A stretch of 64,000 bases of DNA, taken from positions 35,449 through 99,448 of the forward strand of contig JAHIRY010000038.1 of the NCBI GenBank assembly GCA_018818405.1, given 5' to 3'. The stretch's first letter is position 1. Every line of letters begins with the position of its first letter. The translations under genes and the position numbers were made by a program. Origin of the DNA: Patescibacteria group bacterium. Its GTDB lineage: Bacteria; Patescibacteriota; Patescibacteriia; UBA11705; JABHMO01. The notes under the pieces are model-generated. The model was not told where the DNA came from, ran no database searches, and saw only the letters and a program-made list of their open reading frames with translations. Below are positions 54,401 to 62,588 of this stretch, one piece after another.

Positions 54401-56957
54401 CTTCACCGCAACTTTCTCCGCTGCAACTGCCGACAGTAAAATGAACTTCATTGCTTTTCTGCGCATTATCATTATTCTCAACATAAACTTTTCCGGAAAC
54501 CGCTTCAGCCGGAATACGCGCTTTCTTAATGGCAGTGTTAGCCCAAGCCGCAGTTTCAGTCACCTCAATTCCCGGATCATCAGCCACTCCTGTTTTGGCA
54601 AATTTAAGTGTGTAATTCGCTTTCGCTCCGAAATTTTGTCCGCTCAAATCCACCAAAATTCCTCGCGGACCATTGTCCGGAGAAATAGAACAAATCGCCG
54701 GACCGGCAGACTCTTCATTTACCGCCAAATTCTTCGGTTCACTGCGAACAGCATCGGAAGTCACCAGCACAACGCCGTAAGTTCCGGCCGGCAGAGTATC
54801 GGAAATTTTTACTTTTACCTCAGAATCATTCCAGCTGTTATTCTCACAACCAAGGCCGGCATTCGTTTTTTCTCCAGCCGCATCCAACAATTCCACCCAG
54901 CCGACTTTTGTTCCGAAATTTTCTCCGCTCAGAGTAATAATTTGTCCTTGTGGCGCCGGACTCGGCGAAATTTCTTTTATTTCCGGCAAATTCTCCAACA
55001 CGGAAATTCTGAAACGAACCGGATTGCTCACAATAAAAGTGCAGACGCAACCGTCTGTTCCTTTTTCACATTCTTTATTATCAACATTAATGCAACGCTC
55101 GCCCTGGCTGACGGAAACATTTACCAACCCTGATTTTAAATTCGGAATTTGTATTTTTGTAATTCTATCTCTAGTCCATTGCGCGCCAGCTGACAACTGC
55201 GTGGGATTTTCTCCGAAATAAACGCGATATTCCGCCGCGCCCGGATCATTGGACGAACCAAAATTGGTTCCGTTCGCCACGACGCTCTGTCTCAGATCGC
55301 CGGCCAGACAATTGGAGCACTCCGCTCCTTCGCAAACGCAATCTTCCCGCGCAACCGAGCACAATCCCGGATATGTCAGCGTTTCATTTATTACAAAATC
55401 TTTTTTCCACCCGCGATCATTTATTGTGTCATCATATTTATTGTCCTTGTTTACAATTTTAATCGGACCGTCGGTCGCGCCTTCCGGCACTTTTGCGATC
55501 ACTTGCCGGTCAGACCAAGCGAAATTATCAGCGCAGCCCATTTCCGCTTCAATATAAACCGGATTATTGTCACTATCAAGTCCGCCGGTAAAATAAACTT
55601 TGCTTGTTCCGGCGACAAAATTTTTAAATCCCGAACCGTAGACGGAAACCAGATTTCCCGTTGCGCTCTCATCGGGCGTCACATTTGTAATTACCGGCAA
55701 AGCAATACATTTATTCGGTTCATCAACGCCTTGCTCGGCGCAATAATATCCGCTCGCGCAATCAACATCATCGCGGCAAGCGCCGTCGCAAGCTCCGCAC
55801 TCGGCTCGTCCGCAAACAGCGACTCCGTCTTCAAAACATGATTCAGGCAAAACTTTCACTCTTATTTGCTTTGTCGCGGAATGATCATCCACATCATCAG
55901 CCTTTGCTTCCAGAGTATGCATTCCTATTGCCAGATCCGCCGTGTCCCATTCAAAGGAAGATTCTCTCGGCGTGGCTCCGTCTTTGCCTTCTTCTGCGAC
56001 CAGCTCGCCGTCAGCGGAAAATGAAATCGCGCTAATGCCCGAATCATCGACAGCCGAAATATTCATATCAACAAAATCATTGACAGAAACCTTGGCTCCG
56101 TCCAGCGGCGAAGTGAAACTGACTTGCGGCGCGGTGACATCAACATTTTCACCGGTTGTAAAATCCGATCGGCACACACTGCCGGGAGCGCAAGACAATC
56201 CCTTTCCGCCGGTCGATTTTATTTCCGTCGGAACAAGAGAGACCGAATATTCGGTATTCGCGCCAAAACATTTTAAATTATCATTCGGCGCCGGACATTT
56301 TTCAGATGGAGTAAATACAACTTTACTGCCAATGACCACAAAATCGCCGGCAACCGCATTACCCTCTTTGTCAATTATCTTTACTGTTTGATCATTAATT
56401 GTTCGAGAATTTACGGTCGAAGAAAAATTGATGCGGACTTTTACATTTCGCACTTTCAATTCAGTACTCGGCGAAATGGATCGTCCGACAAAAGATCGGA
56501 CATTAGCGACTTGCAAACCGCCGATCGGCGCCGCGCCTTGAATTTCAACTCCCGGTCCGGCCTGCAAACCGGTTGCTTCTGACAATCGGCTGATAACAAA
56601 AGATGTAATCGCGTAAGCTGAAAAAACAATTGCCAAACCGATAAAAGAATTGATTAAAATTTTCTTTGCTTTCGCCACTTTCGCCTCTTCTCCTCCGCTC
56701 GTCATGTAAACAAAGCCGCCGTACAAAACCAAAACAATCGCGATCACGCCGACAAAACCGAGAATAATTCTGATAATATTGCCGATCGTCACGCGCAGAT
56801 CAACTCCGGCTGAAAGTCCGGTCGCCTCGCCCACTGTTTCCACTCCCAGATCCGGCGCCTGAGCAAACACTCCGCTTGCAAATGAAAATCCGCTGACAAT
56901 TATGAAGAATATTATCAGCCATTTAATCAATTTTTTTATTTTTCCTTCGTTAAACAT
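48489..56957 (-). CDS. giant (2822 aa) surface protein: pilin-like two-helix N-terminal anchor, Myxococcus-type Cys-rich repeats, LamG/ConA-like domain
   Basis: N-terminus YMTSGGEEAKVAKAKK between two TM helices; repeats CGNGxxExGEECDxxxxxxGDGCSxxC; GYLEDFRIWKTARTTGEI LamG_3-like. Confidence 0.85.
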   Translation of the reverse strand: MFNEGKIKKLIKWLIIFFIIVSGFSFASGVFAQAPDLGVETVGEATGLSAGVDLRVTIGNIIRIILGFVGVIAIVLVLYGGFVYMTSGGEEAKVAKAKKILINSFIGLAIVFSAYAITSFVISRLSEATGLQAGPGVEIQGAAPIGGLQVANVRSFVGRSISPSTELKVRNVKVRINFSSTVNSRTINDQTVKIIDKEGNAVAGDFVVIGSKVVFTPSEKCPAPNDNLKCFGANTEYSVSLVPTEIKSTGGKGLSCAPGSVCRSDFTTGENVDVTAPQVSFTSPLDGAKVSVNDFVDMNISAVDDSGISAISFSADGELVAEEGKDGATPRESSFEWDTADLAIGMHTLEAKADDVDDHSATKQIRVKVLPESCFEDGVAVCGRAECGACDGACRDDVDCASGYYCAEQGVDEPNKCIALPVITNVTPDESATGNLVSVYGSGFKNFVAGTSKVYFTGGLDSDNNPVYIEAEMGCADNFAWSDRQVIAKVPEGATDGPIKIVNKDNKYDDTINDRGWKKDFVINETLTYPGLCSVAREDCVCEGAECSNCLAGDLRQSVVANGTNFGSSNDPGAAEYRVYFGENPTQLSAGAQWTRDRITKIQIPNLKSGLVNVSVSQGERCINVDNKECEKGTDGCVCTFIVSNPVRFRISVLENLPEIKEISPSPAPQGQIITLSGENFGTKVGWVELLDAAGEKTNAGLGCENNSWNDSEVKVKISDTLPAGTYGVVLVTSDAVRSEPKNLAVNEESAGPAICSISPDNGPRGILVDLSGQNFGAKANYTLKFAKTGVADDPGIEVTETAAWANTAIKKARIPAEAVSGKVYVENNDNAQKSNEVHFTVGSCSGESCGEGRICCATGICANLADGCVAPAEGADSEFAWIVSTGSLPKVPKILERSCTRGYLPQSPSPFRGSIDACPNGMISGTFNMIINSATLNNNITIKKCEYPLRTLRCEENKSEECVETSAACTCTVDLGQCDLDKCEENCITQPVGAIDPNDIGTTNESAVCLRNGSSCAAGTPNCECEVSGKQLTEFHLARTLNKSLFKGGAAPIAEGPRFYANLFKNTLYKVEIKGGADGIATEKGEFMPRDYSWQFRTLPELCSADTLLMKPIKGLIDSLDDTESFMVSGQYQCQDISLMDENWRWTANDPRENSERVSFQRNAFDEDGLRKDIGIFGLSAEAKANPVNLETTVDELVGVRAYATIATDSMIFRTAGNVSKDAQLEIKFADPKVVSYFPACDEACINAGFGADFNIQMKSSSLINVAVDGSETLNTDNVKLFACRAGADCVTFDEVDLAGSIPNYQFELDAEGKLTNRLTVNPSNELLPNKFYRVVISGNTQSASGVDLTGLNYSTALAEQGTTDSFSWVFKTKNTEEKCRINSVSVMPQSYLSETKEQRISYSALPRSAPDACDPEGQILNQYDYTWAWMSGKPNVATISDTLYHLGLPEFCTDKCLSRGSGSLASVCGNGIRESGEECDVIDNIANGDGCSANCLREAVPNLCTGAENEKCCGNGREDGTYSIEDIAYTEECDFACQFLKDGEACDPEDEDAGCVCVAKDPACTAGCLKAGTAAGFVCGNGIVEEGEDCDDGNTSNGDGCSNKCLNEGSKYKKGEPAASALCGNGELEGGEECEAICKNANNSACAYGVQGCVCSLADNPDCNERCLWRGFTSCIGAVTENCCGNGTIDGNEECESECKKADGSGCVYGVDQGCVCRFPSYCNGKCLNQGSSVEAGSACGDGIVGSGEDDQCEPGGQSIGQSPYQSATVVGNIDILNLYDPEKHYAQDSTDISATGTETGDNPISKTGTTELTFRDRQCVSPDIRMDVNNIVPARNSAGVCRNALIYIPFNKKIGEQNISTNIKLFYLSAEACPAETAMGFFQRLKLALKNLLAKVTFAQEAYLCRIEIDNVSVESTGEQNPADRRTAIMITPKQALPAGKQILVVMDDMTNICGDVLGQFTTQFSTGNEVCKLDQVSLDPDYRLILDQDHVEDYRAIAKSKGNLIQAIPGVYDWRWEWRTDDSSIVGKICSMEAVEGQDEEVCNVVQNGSDKKNKNEVKVTTTAKNGETQIHAKAVITVDKLGLDQGGFLGEIRRVCRDATQDPAVACAEGAENCVCADVNSADSTGAFVEGAATIEMMICENPWSPEHFEEDKWDLLEYETGTGTKVPVHLNEKEYNVGLFYCRDFGEGNDTTDDLPKLKESPAVAIPPNRFAIKFDQNDKLRIPYTDALQNKLDFSDFSKPWTIESLIYVPEPSGQVFQPIFTKNLNCEAAVPGGCPQILIGLFPIQENGRLVNKVYWNLRYGQLNSIKLQTTQSVSAGYHAISVVYDGEHPGGLQYQIFIDGERSNFAASSFPVAGVSQNKDIYVGSSFGTPDRGLNGYLEDFRIWKTARTTGEIIANQYVLTDQNDPNLIVHLDFEHNLKNSDDQQNAIGVCTGDDHCSGGSFNYVNLFSQFGSDVGAAAEQVRLQSENQCRDGIDNDRNGLIDFPDDKKCVSADDPAEEPKLLAQYFFTPDGIPSADVISLRIYENPEALPPDVWYQNYAPNPAASTSKVEVDCDLQGNCYAAAQDGSSIYISAANISANKTVYNNIYLLGYSRNSGAETMNIYSQMVKYIKFNLNRDASSDPDKSQIIRDTKRISDMVLMRIYLENYKNAHGNKVPMLESGSYVRGQTFSVWPSWQGELGRELGAELPRDPENHFKWETPAESGDYTGEICSVEDETPILKCPDLSYQCAVPGFACVNCAQGYNGETCYNSSNQLFANIYAGHETDHPVYSYKASASGLQNCYELKYRLETNSDGYTYNYSVVPGLAFPVCK

Positions 56958-56984
56958 TTTATTTTTATTTTAAATTTTTTCCTT

Positions 56985-58916
56985 TTACTCCGCGCTCGGA
57001 AGAGGACAAGAATCCGCCGACACCTTTTGCAATGGGAAATTCGCTTCGTTCAAATTCGGACAACAAGAAGTTCCCGATCCCGCATCCGTGCAGTCAGCAA
57101 ACGATTTTGTCGGACTGAAACAATTTTGTCTGGAATCCCGCACCGTTGATTTGATAATCGGCGTATATTTCGGCGAAGCATTCGCAGTCTCCGGACTGAA
57201 CGCGCCATGATTAATTTCAATCTTAGCATCATCAACTTCACCGTCAGCCGTTTCTCCCAGATTCGCGTCAAACCAAGAAGTAAAATCTTCTCCAATCAAA
57301 GCAACCTCCCGATCAACCGATTCCGCGTCCAATCCTTCATTGAAAGTCGCAGACAAAATAACATTTACCGGCAATGAATCGCTGGCATTGTTCGGTTCAA
57401 GCAATGTAATCCAAGGCGGAGTCAAATCAAGCGAATCGCCGGTTTTGAATTTCCATTGAAAATCATCGGTGAGCGGACCGTCGCATTTATCATTAGCATT
57501 TCCATCCAGAGAATTTCCCGCCATATCCATAATTCCCGTGCCCGGAGTGCCCAGACAGCCTTCGATCAAATCAGCTGCCAATGCTTTGCCGGTAATTTCA
57601 ACATTGCTCGGCAAGCAAAATACCGGCTCGCCGCAAGAATTTTCTTGCACTCCCTCGCACGGAGTATTGCTGATAAACTGAATTGTTTTATAACTATTGA
57701 TTCCGACTTTCCAGTCGCCGGGAATATGATTTGTTTCACAATCATCTTTTGCATGATCCGGACCGAAGAGCTGCGCTTCATTGTCATTGTCAGCCGCATT
57801 GCACACCTGCTCCTGGCTCAACGGAGGAATCACCGGTTCATTGAAATTTATTGAAACTATTTGATTCAAATACACATAACCTTGTTTGTCCAACGCTCTA
57901 TCGCTCACATCAGGATATTCATGATCAGCCGGCACAACCGAACGAATCTGCGGCGGAATATTGTCAATGGTCGTGTTTGTCAGAAATCTCCATTTGTAAT
58001 CAGGCGTTGCCAGATTAAAAATGCTTTGGCCGTCCGATCCTTCTCTCAGAATTCCGGAGGTTAACTGAACAATATAAGAAACTTCATTTTCCGAACTGCC
58101 CATATGTTCATTGGCGCTTTGGCCGTACGGATTGAAAATAATTGTCCTGTGATCAGCGGTAATCATCGCATAACCGGGAACTTGTAATTCCGCGTTGCCC
58201 GGAACTTCCTTGCAATCCATCATTTTTTCTTCCGCGCACCCGAAAACCTTGAATGATTCGGTCAGCGAACCGCATATTCTTCCATCCGCCATTGCCGGAC
58301 ATGGATAAGCCGCGTTCGCAGATCCGATGACAGACGCCGGATCAACCGGCAAACGAAATGTCACAAGAATCATTGAATTGCGCGGCACTCCGGTCTGCTC
58401 GGGCAATGGATAATGGCTCTGAATCACCGAGCCGAAAGCTCCGCCTGATAAACTTACTCCCGGTCCGCCTCGTCCGGCGATTGTAACTCCGCCTCCGCCA
58501 CCGCCCGCGCCGACCAATCTATTGACAACAAAAGAAACGATCGCGTAAGCGGAAAAAATTATTACCAATCCTATGGCTCCGTTTATCATCCATTTTTTTG
58601 CTTTTTCCACCTTGGCCGGCTCTCCTCCGCTGGTCATGTAAAGCGCGCCCGCATACATGACAATGATTATCGCGATCGCGCCGACAAAACCGAGCGCGAT
58701 TTTGATAATATTTCCAATAATTACTCTGGGATCCTGCGCCGTGAGTATCGTTTGCTCGCCCACCGCAGTCAGTCCGGCTGTAATCTCAGACTCCGCCGCT
58801 TGCGCGTGAACCGAAACCGGCGAAAATAAAAAAATCGCCAAAACAAATATAAAACAACCGGCAGTTATCTTGATTATAAAATCCAACTGATTTGATTTTA
58901 TTTTGTTTGGCATCAA
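56985..58916 (-). CDS. 643-aa membrane/surface protein sharing the same N-terminal pilin-like anchor, then a Gly-rich linker
   Basis: DPRVIIGNIIKIALGFVGAIAIIIVMYAGALYMTSGGEPAKVEKAKKWMINGAIGLVIIFSAYAIVSFV aligns with the N-terminus of the 2822-aa protein. Confidence 0.75.
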   Translation of the reverse strand: MMPNKIKSNQLDFIIKITAGCFIFVLAIFLFSPVSVHAQAAESEITAGLTAVGEQTILTAQDPRVIIGNIIKIALGFVGAIAIIIVMYAGALYMTSGGEPAKVEKAKKWMINGAIGLVIIFSAYAIVSFVVNRLVGAGGGGGGVTIAGRGGPGVSLSGGAFGSVIQSHYPLPEQTGVPRNSMILVTFRLPVDPASVIGSANAAYPCPAMADGRICGSLTESFKVFGCAEEKMMDCKEVPGNAELQVPGYAMITADHRTIIFNPYGQSANEHMGSSENEVSYIVQLTSGILREGSDGQSIFNLATPDYKWRFLTNTTIDNIPPQIRSVVPADHEYPDVSDRALDKQGYVYLNQIVSINFNEPVIPPLSQEQVCNAADNDNEAQLFGPDHAKDDCETNHIPGDWKVGINSYKTIQFISNTPCEGVQENSCGEPVFCLPSNVEITGKALAADLIEGCLGTPGTGIMDMAGNSLDGNANDKCDGPLTDDFQWKFKTGDSLDLTPPWITLLEPNNASDSLPVNVILSATFNEGLDAESVDREVALIGEDFTSWFDANLGETADGEVDDAKIEINHGAFSPETANASPKYTPIIKSTVRDSRQNCFSPTKSFADCTDAGSGTSCCPNLNEANFPLQKVSADSCPLPSAE

Positions 58917-59008
58917 TTCCTCGCTGTCCTGTATTTACAGAACGGAATTATTTTTTATTTTTCTTTTAACAACTCTGCTTTTTTTATTTCACTAATTCTT
59001 CCAATGAT

Positions 59009-59470
59009 TTATCTCTCTATAATTTCTTTCACAATACCGCTCACAGTATTTCCATCCGCTTTTCCTTTTAATTCTTTCATTGCCGCTGACATTGCTTTGC
59101 CGAAATTTTTTCTGTCTTCTTCCGGCAAATTTTGAATCGCCGCCTCCGCCAGCGCTCTGACTTCTTCGACCGGCGCTTCATCCGGCAAAAAATCTTGCAG
59201 GATTTCGATTTCCGCTTTTTCTTTGTCAGCCAATTCCCTGCGTCCGCCTTGTTCAAAAGCCACAACAGATTCATTGCGCTTTTTTATTTCATTGCGAACG
59301 ATGGAAACAAAATCCTCCTCTGTCAATTCCCGCTTCAGCTCAATGGATTTATTTTTCAATCCGGCTTTCAGCATGCGCAGAGTATCTATCGTCAGACTGT
59401 CTTTCTTTTTTAATGCCTCGGTAAAAACCGCGTCAATTTCTTTGAATGATTTCATAAGATAATTATACAA
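59009..59470 (-). CDS. yqeY: GatB/YqeY-domain protein (the start may be MKSFKE at 59455)
   Basis: YqeY-like helical protein; conserved rpsU-yqeY neighbourhood. Confidence 0.7.
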   Translation of the reverse strand: MYNYLMKSFKEIDAVFTEALKKKDSLTIDTLRMLKAGLKNKSIELKRELTEEDFVSIVRNEIKKRNESVVAFEQGGRRELADKEKAEIEILQDFLPDEAPVEEVRALAEAAIQNLPEEDRKNFGKAMSAAMKELKGKADGNTVSGIVKEIIER

Positions 59471-59496
59471 TATTTTATTAAAAATGAGAATCCACA

Positions 59497-59621
59497 GGCA
59501 GCGGCGGAGAATTAAGATTAAGATTAAGGAGAAAAATTAAGGAAATAAAAATCCAAGCCCTAATTCTTAATCTTATCCTTATCCCTAATTCTTTCACCGC
59601 AACGGCGCCGGCGGAGAATCG
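59497..59621. mobile_element. second hexamer-repeat hairpin element (TAAGAT-type arms) flanked by an 11-bp direct repeat CGGCGGAGAAT
   Basis: GAGAATTAAGATTAAGATTAAGGAG ... CTAATTCTTAATCTTATCCTTATCCC; direct repeats at 59503-59513 and 59609-59619. Confidence 0.4.
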
Positions 59622-59739
59622 AAAACATTTCATCCGATCGCCGGCCGTACGGAACAAAAATCTTTGTTCCCCGTTTTCATTAAAAAAATTTTAAATTATT
59701 CATAAATAAAATATCAACGCAACATCCCGCGCAAAATAA

Positions 59740-59768
59740 AAAAATTCCGCAAACTGCGGAATTTTTTG
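59740..59768 (-). terminator. intrinsic terminator after rpsU
   Basis: AATTCCGCA-AAC-TGCGGAATT with flanking A/T runs. Confidence 0.7.
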
Positions 59769-59781
59769 AATGAATTCGAAT

Positions 59782-60024
59782 TTAATATCGTCGTCTTCGC
59801 TGCGGTTCTTCCGGCAATCGGCCGATCTTTTTCATGTATTCATGCGTTTCCCGTTTTTCTTTTTTCACGAGAGCGCTCTTCCGGCGCATGTTTCGATTGA
59901 CATCGCCCTTGAAAAAACGAATCTTCTTCGCCTGCAACAGCAAACCGCTCTGCATCAGCCGCTTGTTAAAGCGCCGAATAAAAGCTTCAAAAGTTTCGCC
60001 TTTTTTTCTCTTTGAATAAACCAT
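59782..60024 (-). CDS. rpsU: 30S ribosomal protein S21 (ORF to 60066; the SD GAAGGAG indicates the MVYSK start)
   Basis: IRRFNKRLMQSGLL...AKKIRFF, C-terminal RRRRY. Confidence 0.9.
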   Translation of the reverse strand: MVYSKRKKGETFEAFIRRFNKRLMQSGLLLQAKKIRFFKGDVNRNMRRKSALVKKEKRETHEYMKKIGRLPEEPQRRRRY

Positions 60025-60067
60025 TGTTTCGACTCCTTCTAGTAAAAATTTAATTATATTAACCACC

Positions 60068-60185
60068 CGTCACACTGAGCCTGCCGAAGTGCGCATTCGC
60101 CTAAAACGCCATCACCGCCCGTCACGCTGAGCCTGCCGAAGCACGCTCTTCTCTGTCACGCTGAGCCTGCCGAAGCGCACCTTCA
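60068..60185. repeat. three direct R5 units (GTCAC[A/G]CTGAGCCTGCCGAAG...TTCGCCTAAAAC), remote from any GIY-YIG gene
   Basis: units at 60068, 60121, 60157; same family as 33782-34311. Confidence 0.8.
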
Positions 60186-60236
60186 CTTAAACGTCGCCCA
60201 CATATTACCGCAAACATTCACTTCCGTCAAGATCCC

Positions 60237-61574
60237 CTATTTCTTCAACTTTTTCTTCAACTCAGCCACCACTCTCTTCGCGTTCACCACTTCCTGAATT
60301 CCGCTCTCCATGTCGCGCAAAATAACGGTTCCCTCTATCACTTCCTTTTGTCCGAGAATCAACACGAATTTCGCGCCGAGCTTTATCGCCGTATCCAGCT
60401 GAGCTTTCAGCGCGCCTTTTGTGAGATTTGCTCTGACTGAAAAATTTTCCTTGCGCAAAGCTTCAAAAAATGAAAAAGTCTTTTGTCTCGCCTGCTCGCT
60501 GATCTGAGCGACAAACACATCCGGCGCCGGCAAATTTGGAATTTCGCATTTGTTCACTTTCATCCGGCTGATCACTCGTTCGATTCCCATTGTAAATCCC
60601 GCGGCCGGCGTAGCTATTCCGCCCAACATTTGAATCAGATAATCGTAACGCCCGCCTCCGGCCAATGACAGCCGCGCGCTCTCGTCTTCGCCTTCTTTCT
60701 TTTCTTGTTTTTCCAGCGGATGAATTTCAAAAACCGTTTTCGTATAATAATCGAATGTTCTCAAAAGCGTTGGATCCAGCTTGTAGGGAATTTTCAATTC
60801 ATCCAAATATTCCAAAACCTTGAACAAATGATTGCGGCAATCATCGCACAACCAATCCATTGTTTGCGGAGCGTCTTCTTTCAATTTAACGCATTTGACG
60901 CTCTTGCAAATTAAAAATTTCATGGGATCTCTTGTCATCCTCTTTCGGCAATCCAGACAAACCGCGCCTCTTTTTGATTTTAAATATCCGCCCAGCGCTT
61001 TTGCGTATTCCACGCGGCAGCTCGCGCATCCGATGCTGTTCAGTCTGATCTCCGAATCAAGTCCGAAATTTTTCAATAAATAATGTCCGATAATAATCAA
61101 TTCCGCGTCAACCGCCGGCGACTTGTCTCCGATAATTTCAAAACCGACCTGAGTGAACTGGCGCAACTTTCCGGCATCGACTTTTCCCCGCCTGAACATC
61201 GGGCCGCAATAATAAAGTTTAATCGGCTGAGGCTGATTGTCCATATTATGATCAATATAAGCTCGGCAAGTCGACGCTGTTCCTTCCGGCCGCAACGCCA
61301 CTTTTTCTCCCTTGTCAATGAAATGAAAAATTTCTTTTTCCACAATGCCTCCTTGCTTGAAAAGAGTATGATTGAACAATTCATATTTTTCGAGGAGCGG
61401 AGTACGCATTAATCTGAAACTGTAATCGCGCACAACTTTTTTTATTTGTCCCTCCACAAAATCCCAATATTTTTCTTCAGGCGGAAGCACATCTTTCATC
61501 CCTCTTAACAAGGGCGGAGTTTTGATCACTTTTATTTCTTCCTGAGGCTGTTCTTCTTTTTTTCTTCGAGGCAT
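60237..61574 (-). CDS. hisS: histidine--tRNA ligase
   Basis: class-II motifs, LRGMKD N-terminus, GGGRYD motif 3. Confidence 0.9.
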   Translation of the reverse strand: MPRRKKEEQPQEEIKVIKTPPLLRGMKDVLPPEEKYWDFVEGQIKKVVRDYSFRLMRTPLLEKYELFNHTLFKQGGIVEKEIFHFIDKGEKVALRPEGTASTCRAYIDHNMDNQPQPIKLYYCGPMFRRGKVDAGKLRQFTQVGFEIIGDKSPAVDAELIIIGHYLLKNFGLDSEIRLNSIGCASCRVEYAKALGGYLKSKRGAVCLDCRKRMTRDPMKFLICKSVKCVKLKEDAPQTMDWLCDDCRNHLFKVLEYLDELKIPYKLDPTLLRTFDYYTKTVFEIHPLEKQEKKEGEDESARLSLAGGGRYDYLIQMLGGIATPAAGFTMGIERVISRMKVNKCEIPNLPAPDVFVAQISEQARQKTFSFFEALRKENFSVRANLTKGALKAQLDTAIKLGAKFVLILGQKEVIEGTVILRDMESGIQEVVNAKRVVAELKKKLKK

Positions 61575-61607
61575 ATTTTTTTAATTCAAAAATTATAAAA
61601 GAAATTT

Positions 61608-62255
61608 CTAATTGTTTTCAACGGTTATTCCATAATCAACTTCCGGAAAAACGGTCAATCGCCAGATCGGCCAGCCGCGCAACCAGACTTTGCCGACGAT
61701 AAGTTCGCGATTGAGCGGACCGAAACTTCGGGAATCCAAACTGAATTCTCTGTTATCGCCCATAACATAATATTCGTTTTTATTCAATTCCCATGTCTTG
61801 GGACCGCCCAGATGCAGACCTTCCGGCAAATATGCGCTCTCATCTATCATAAACTTTTTTCCTTCCAGAGTATAAATATAAATATGCTCATCAACTATTT
61901 CTATTTTTTCGCCCGGCAATCCTACAATTCTTTTAATAAAATATTGGCTCGGATCTTTCGGATAACGAAAAACCACAATATCTCCTCTGTTCGGCTCGCC
62001 GATGGGGACTATTTGTCCGTCGCTGAAAGGAATCTTCAAACCATAACTTATTTCATTGATAATCAAATATTCATTGTCATAAAAACTGGGCTCCATTGAC
62101 GCGCCCTTGACATAAAACGGTTTTATCAGAAAATATCGCACCGGTAAAATTATCATCAGTGAAATAACCACCACCTTTAACAAATCCCAAACAAAATGTA
62201 TGACTTTTTGCATTGGCGTTAATTCTTCGAAATAATCTCTTTCATCAAAATCCAT
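61608..62255 (-). CDS. lepB: signal peptidase I
   Basis: GASMEPSF catalytic Ser box, GDNREFSLDSR box E. Confidence 0.85.
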   Translation of the reverse strand: MDFDERDYFEELTPMQKVIHFVWDLLKVVVISLMIILPVRYFLIKPFYVKGASMEPSFYDNEYLIINEISYGLKIPFSDGQIVPIGEPNRGDIVVFRYPKDPSQYFIKRIVGLPGEKIEIVDEHIYIYTLEGKKFMIDESAYLPEGLHLGGPKTWELNKNEYYVMGDNREFSLDSRSFGPLNRELIVGKVWLRGWPIWRLTVFPEVDYGITVENN

Positions 62256-62588
62256 AAGCTTTGAATAAATATTCCATTCAATTATTTTAAAATAAAAATA
62301 TAAACTGTTCTTTTTCTAAAATCACGTTTTCGATCTCGATTTTCTTCATGCGCAAACTTCCGAAAATCTCTCAAATTTTTTTCATAAAAAAACCAATCGA
62401 ACCTCGAGCAACAGAACATTTACCGGAGATTCCAATACAAACGGAATTATATCATTGCAATCTTTTTTGGGCAAGAGCAATGCTTGTCAGATGAGTAATA
62501 TTGTTATATAATAAGGCGGTATATGGAATAACTTTCATACAGCGCATTGTTTTATTTGAAAATGGCTGTTTTTTATAATAATCATTTT

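Noticed and set aside
60068-60185. Possible CRISPR array (three direct repeats)
   Set aside because: The repeats are 45-nt units contiguous with their own tails, not 28-37-nt repeats separated by unique spacers. There are no cas genes. They belong to the R5 REP-like family.
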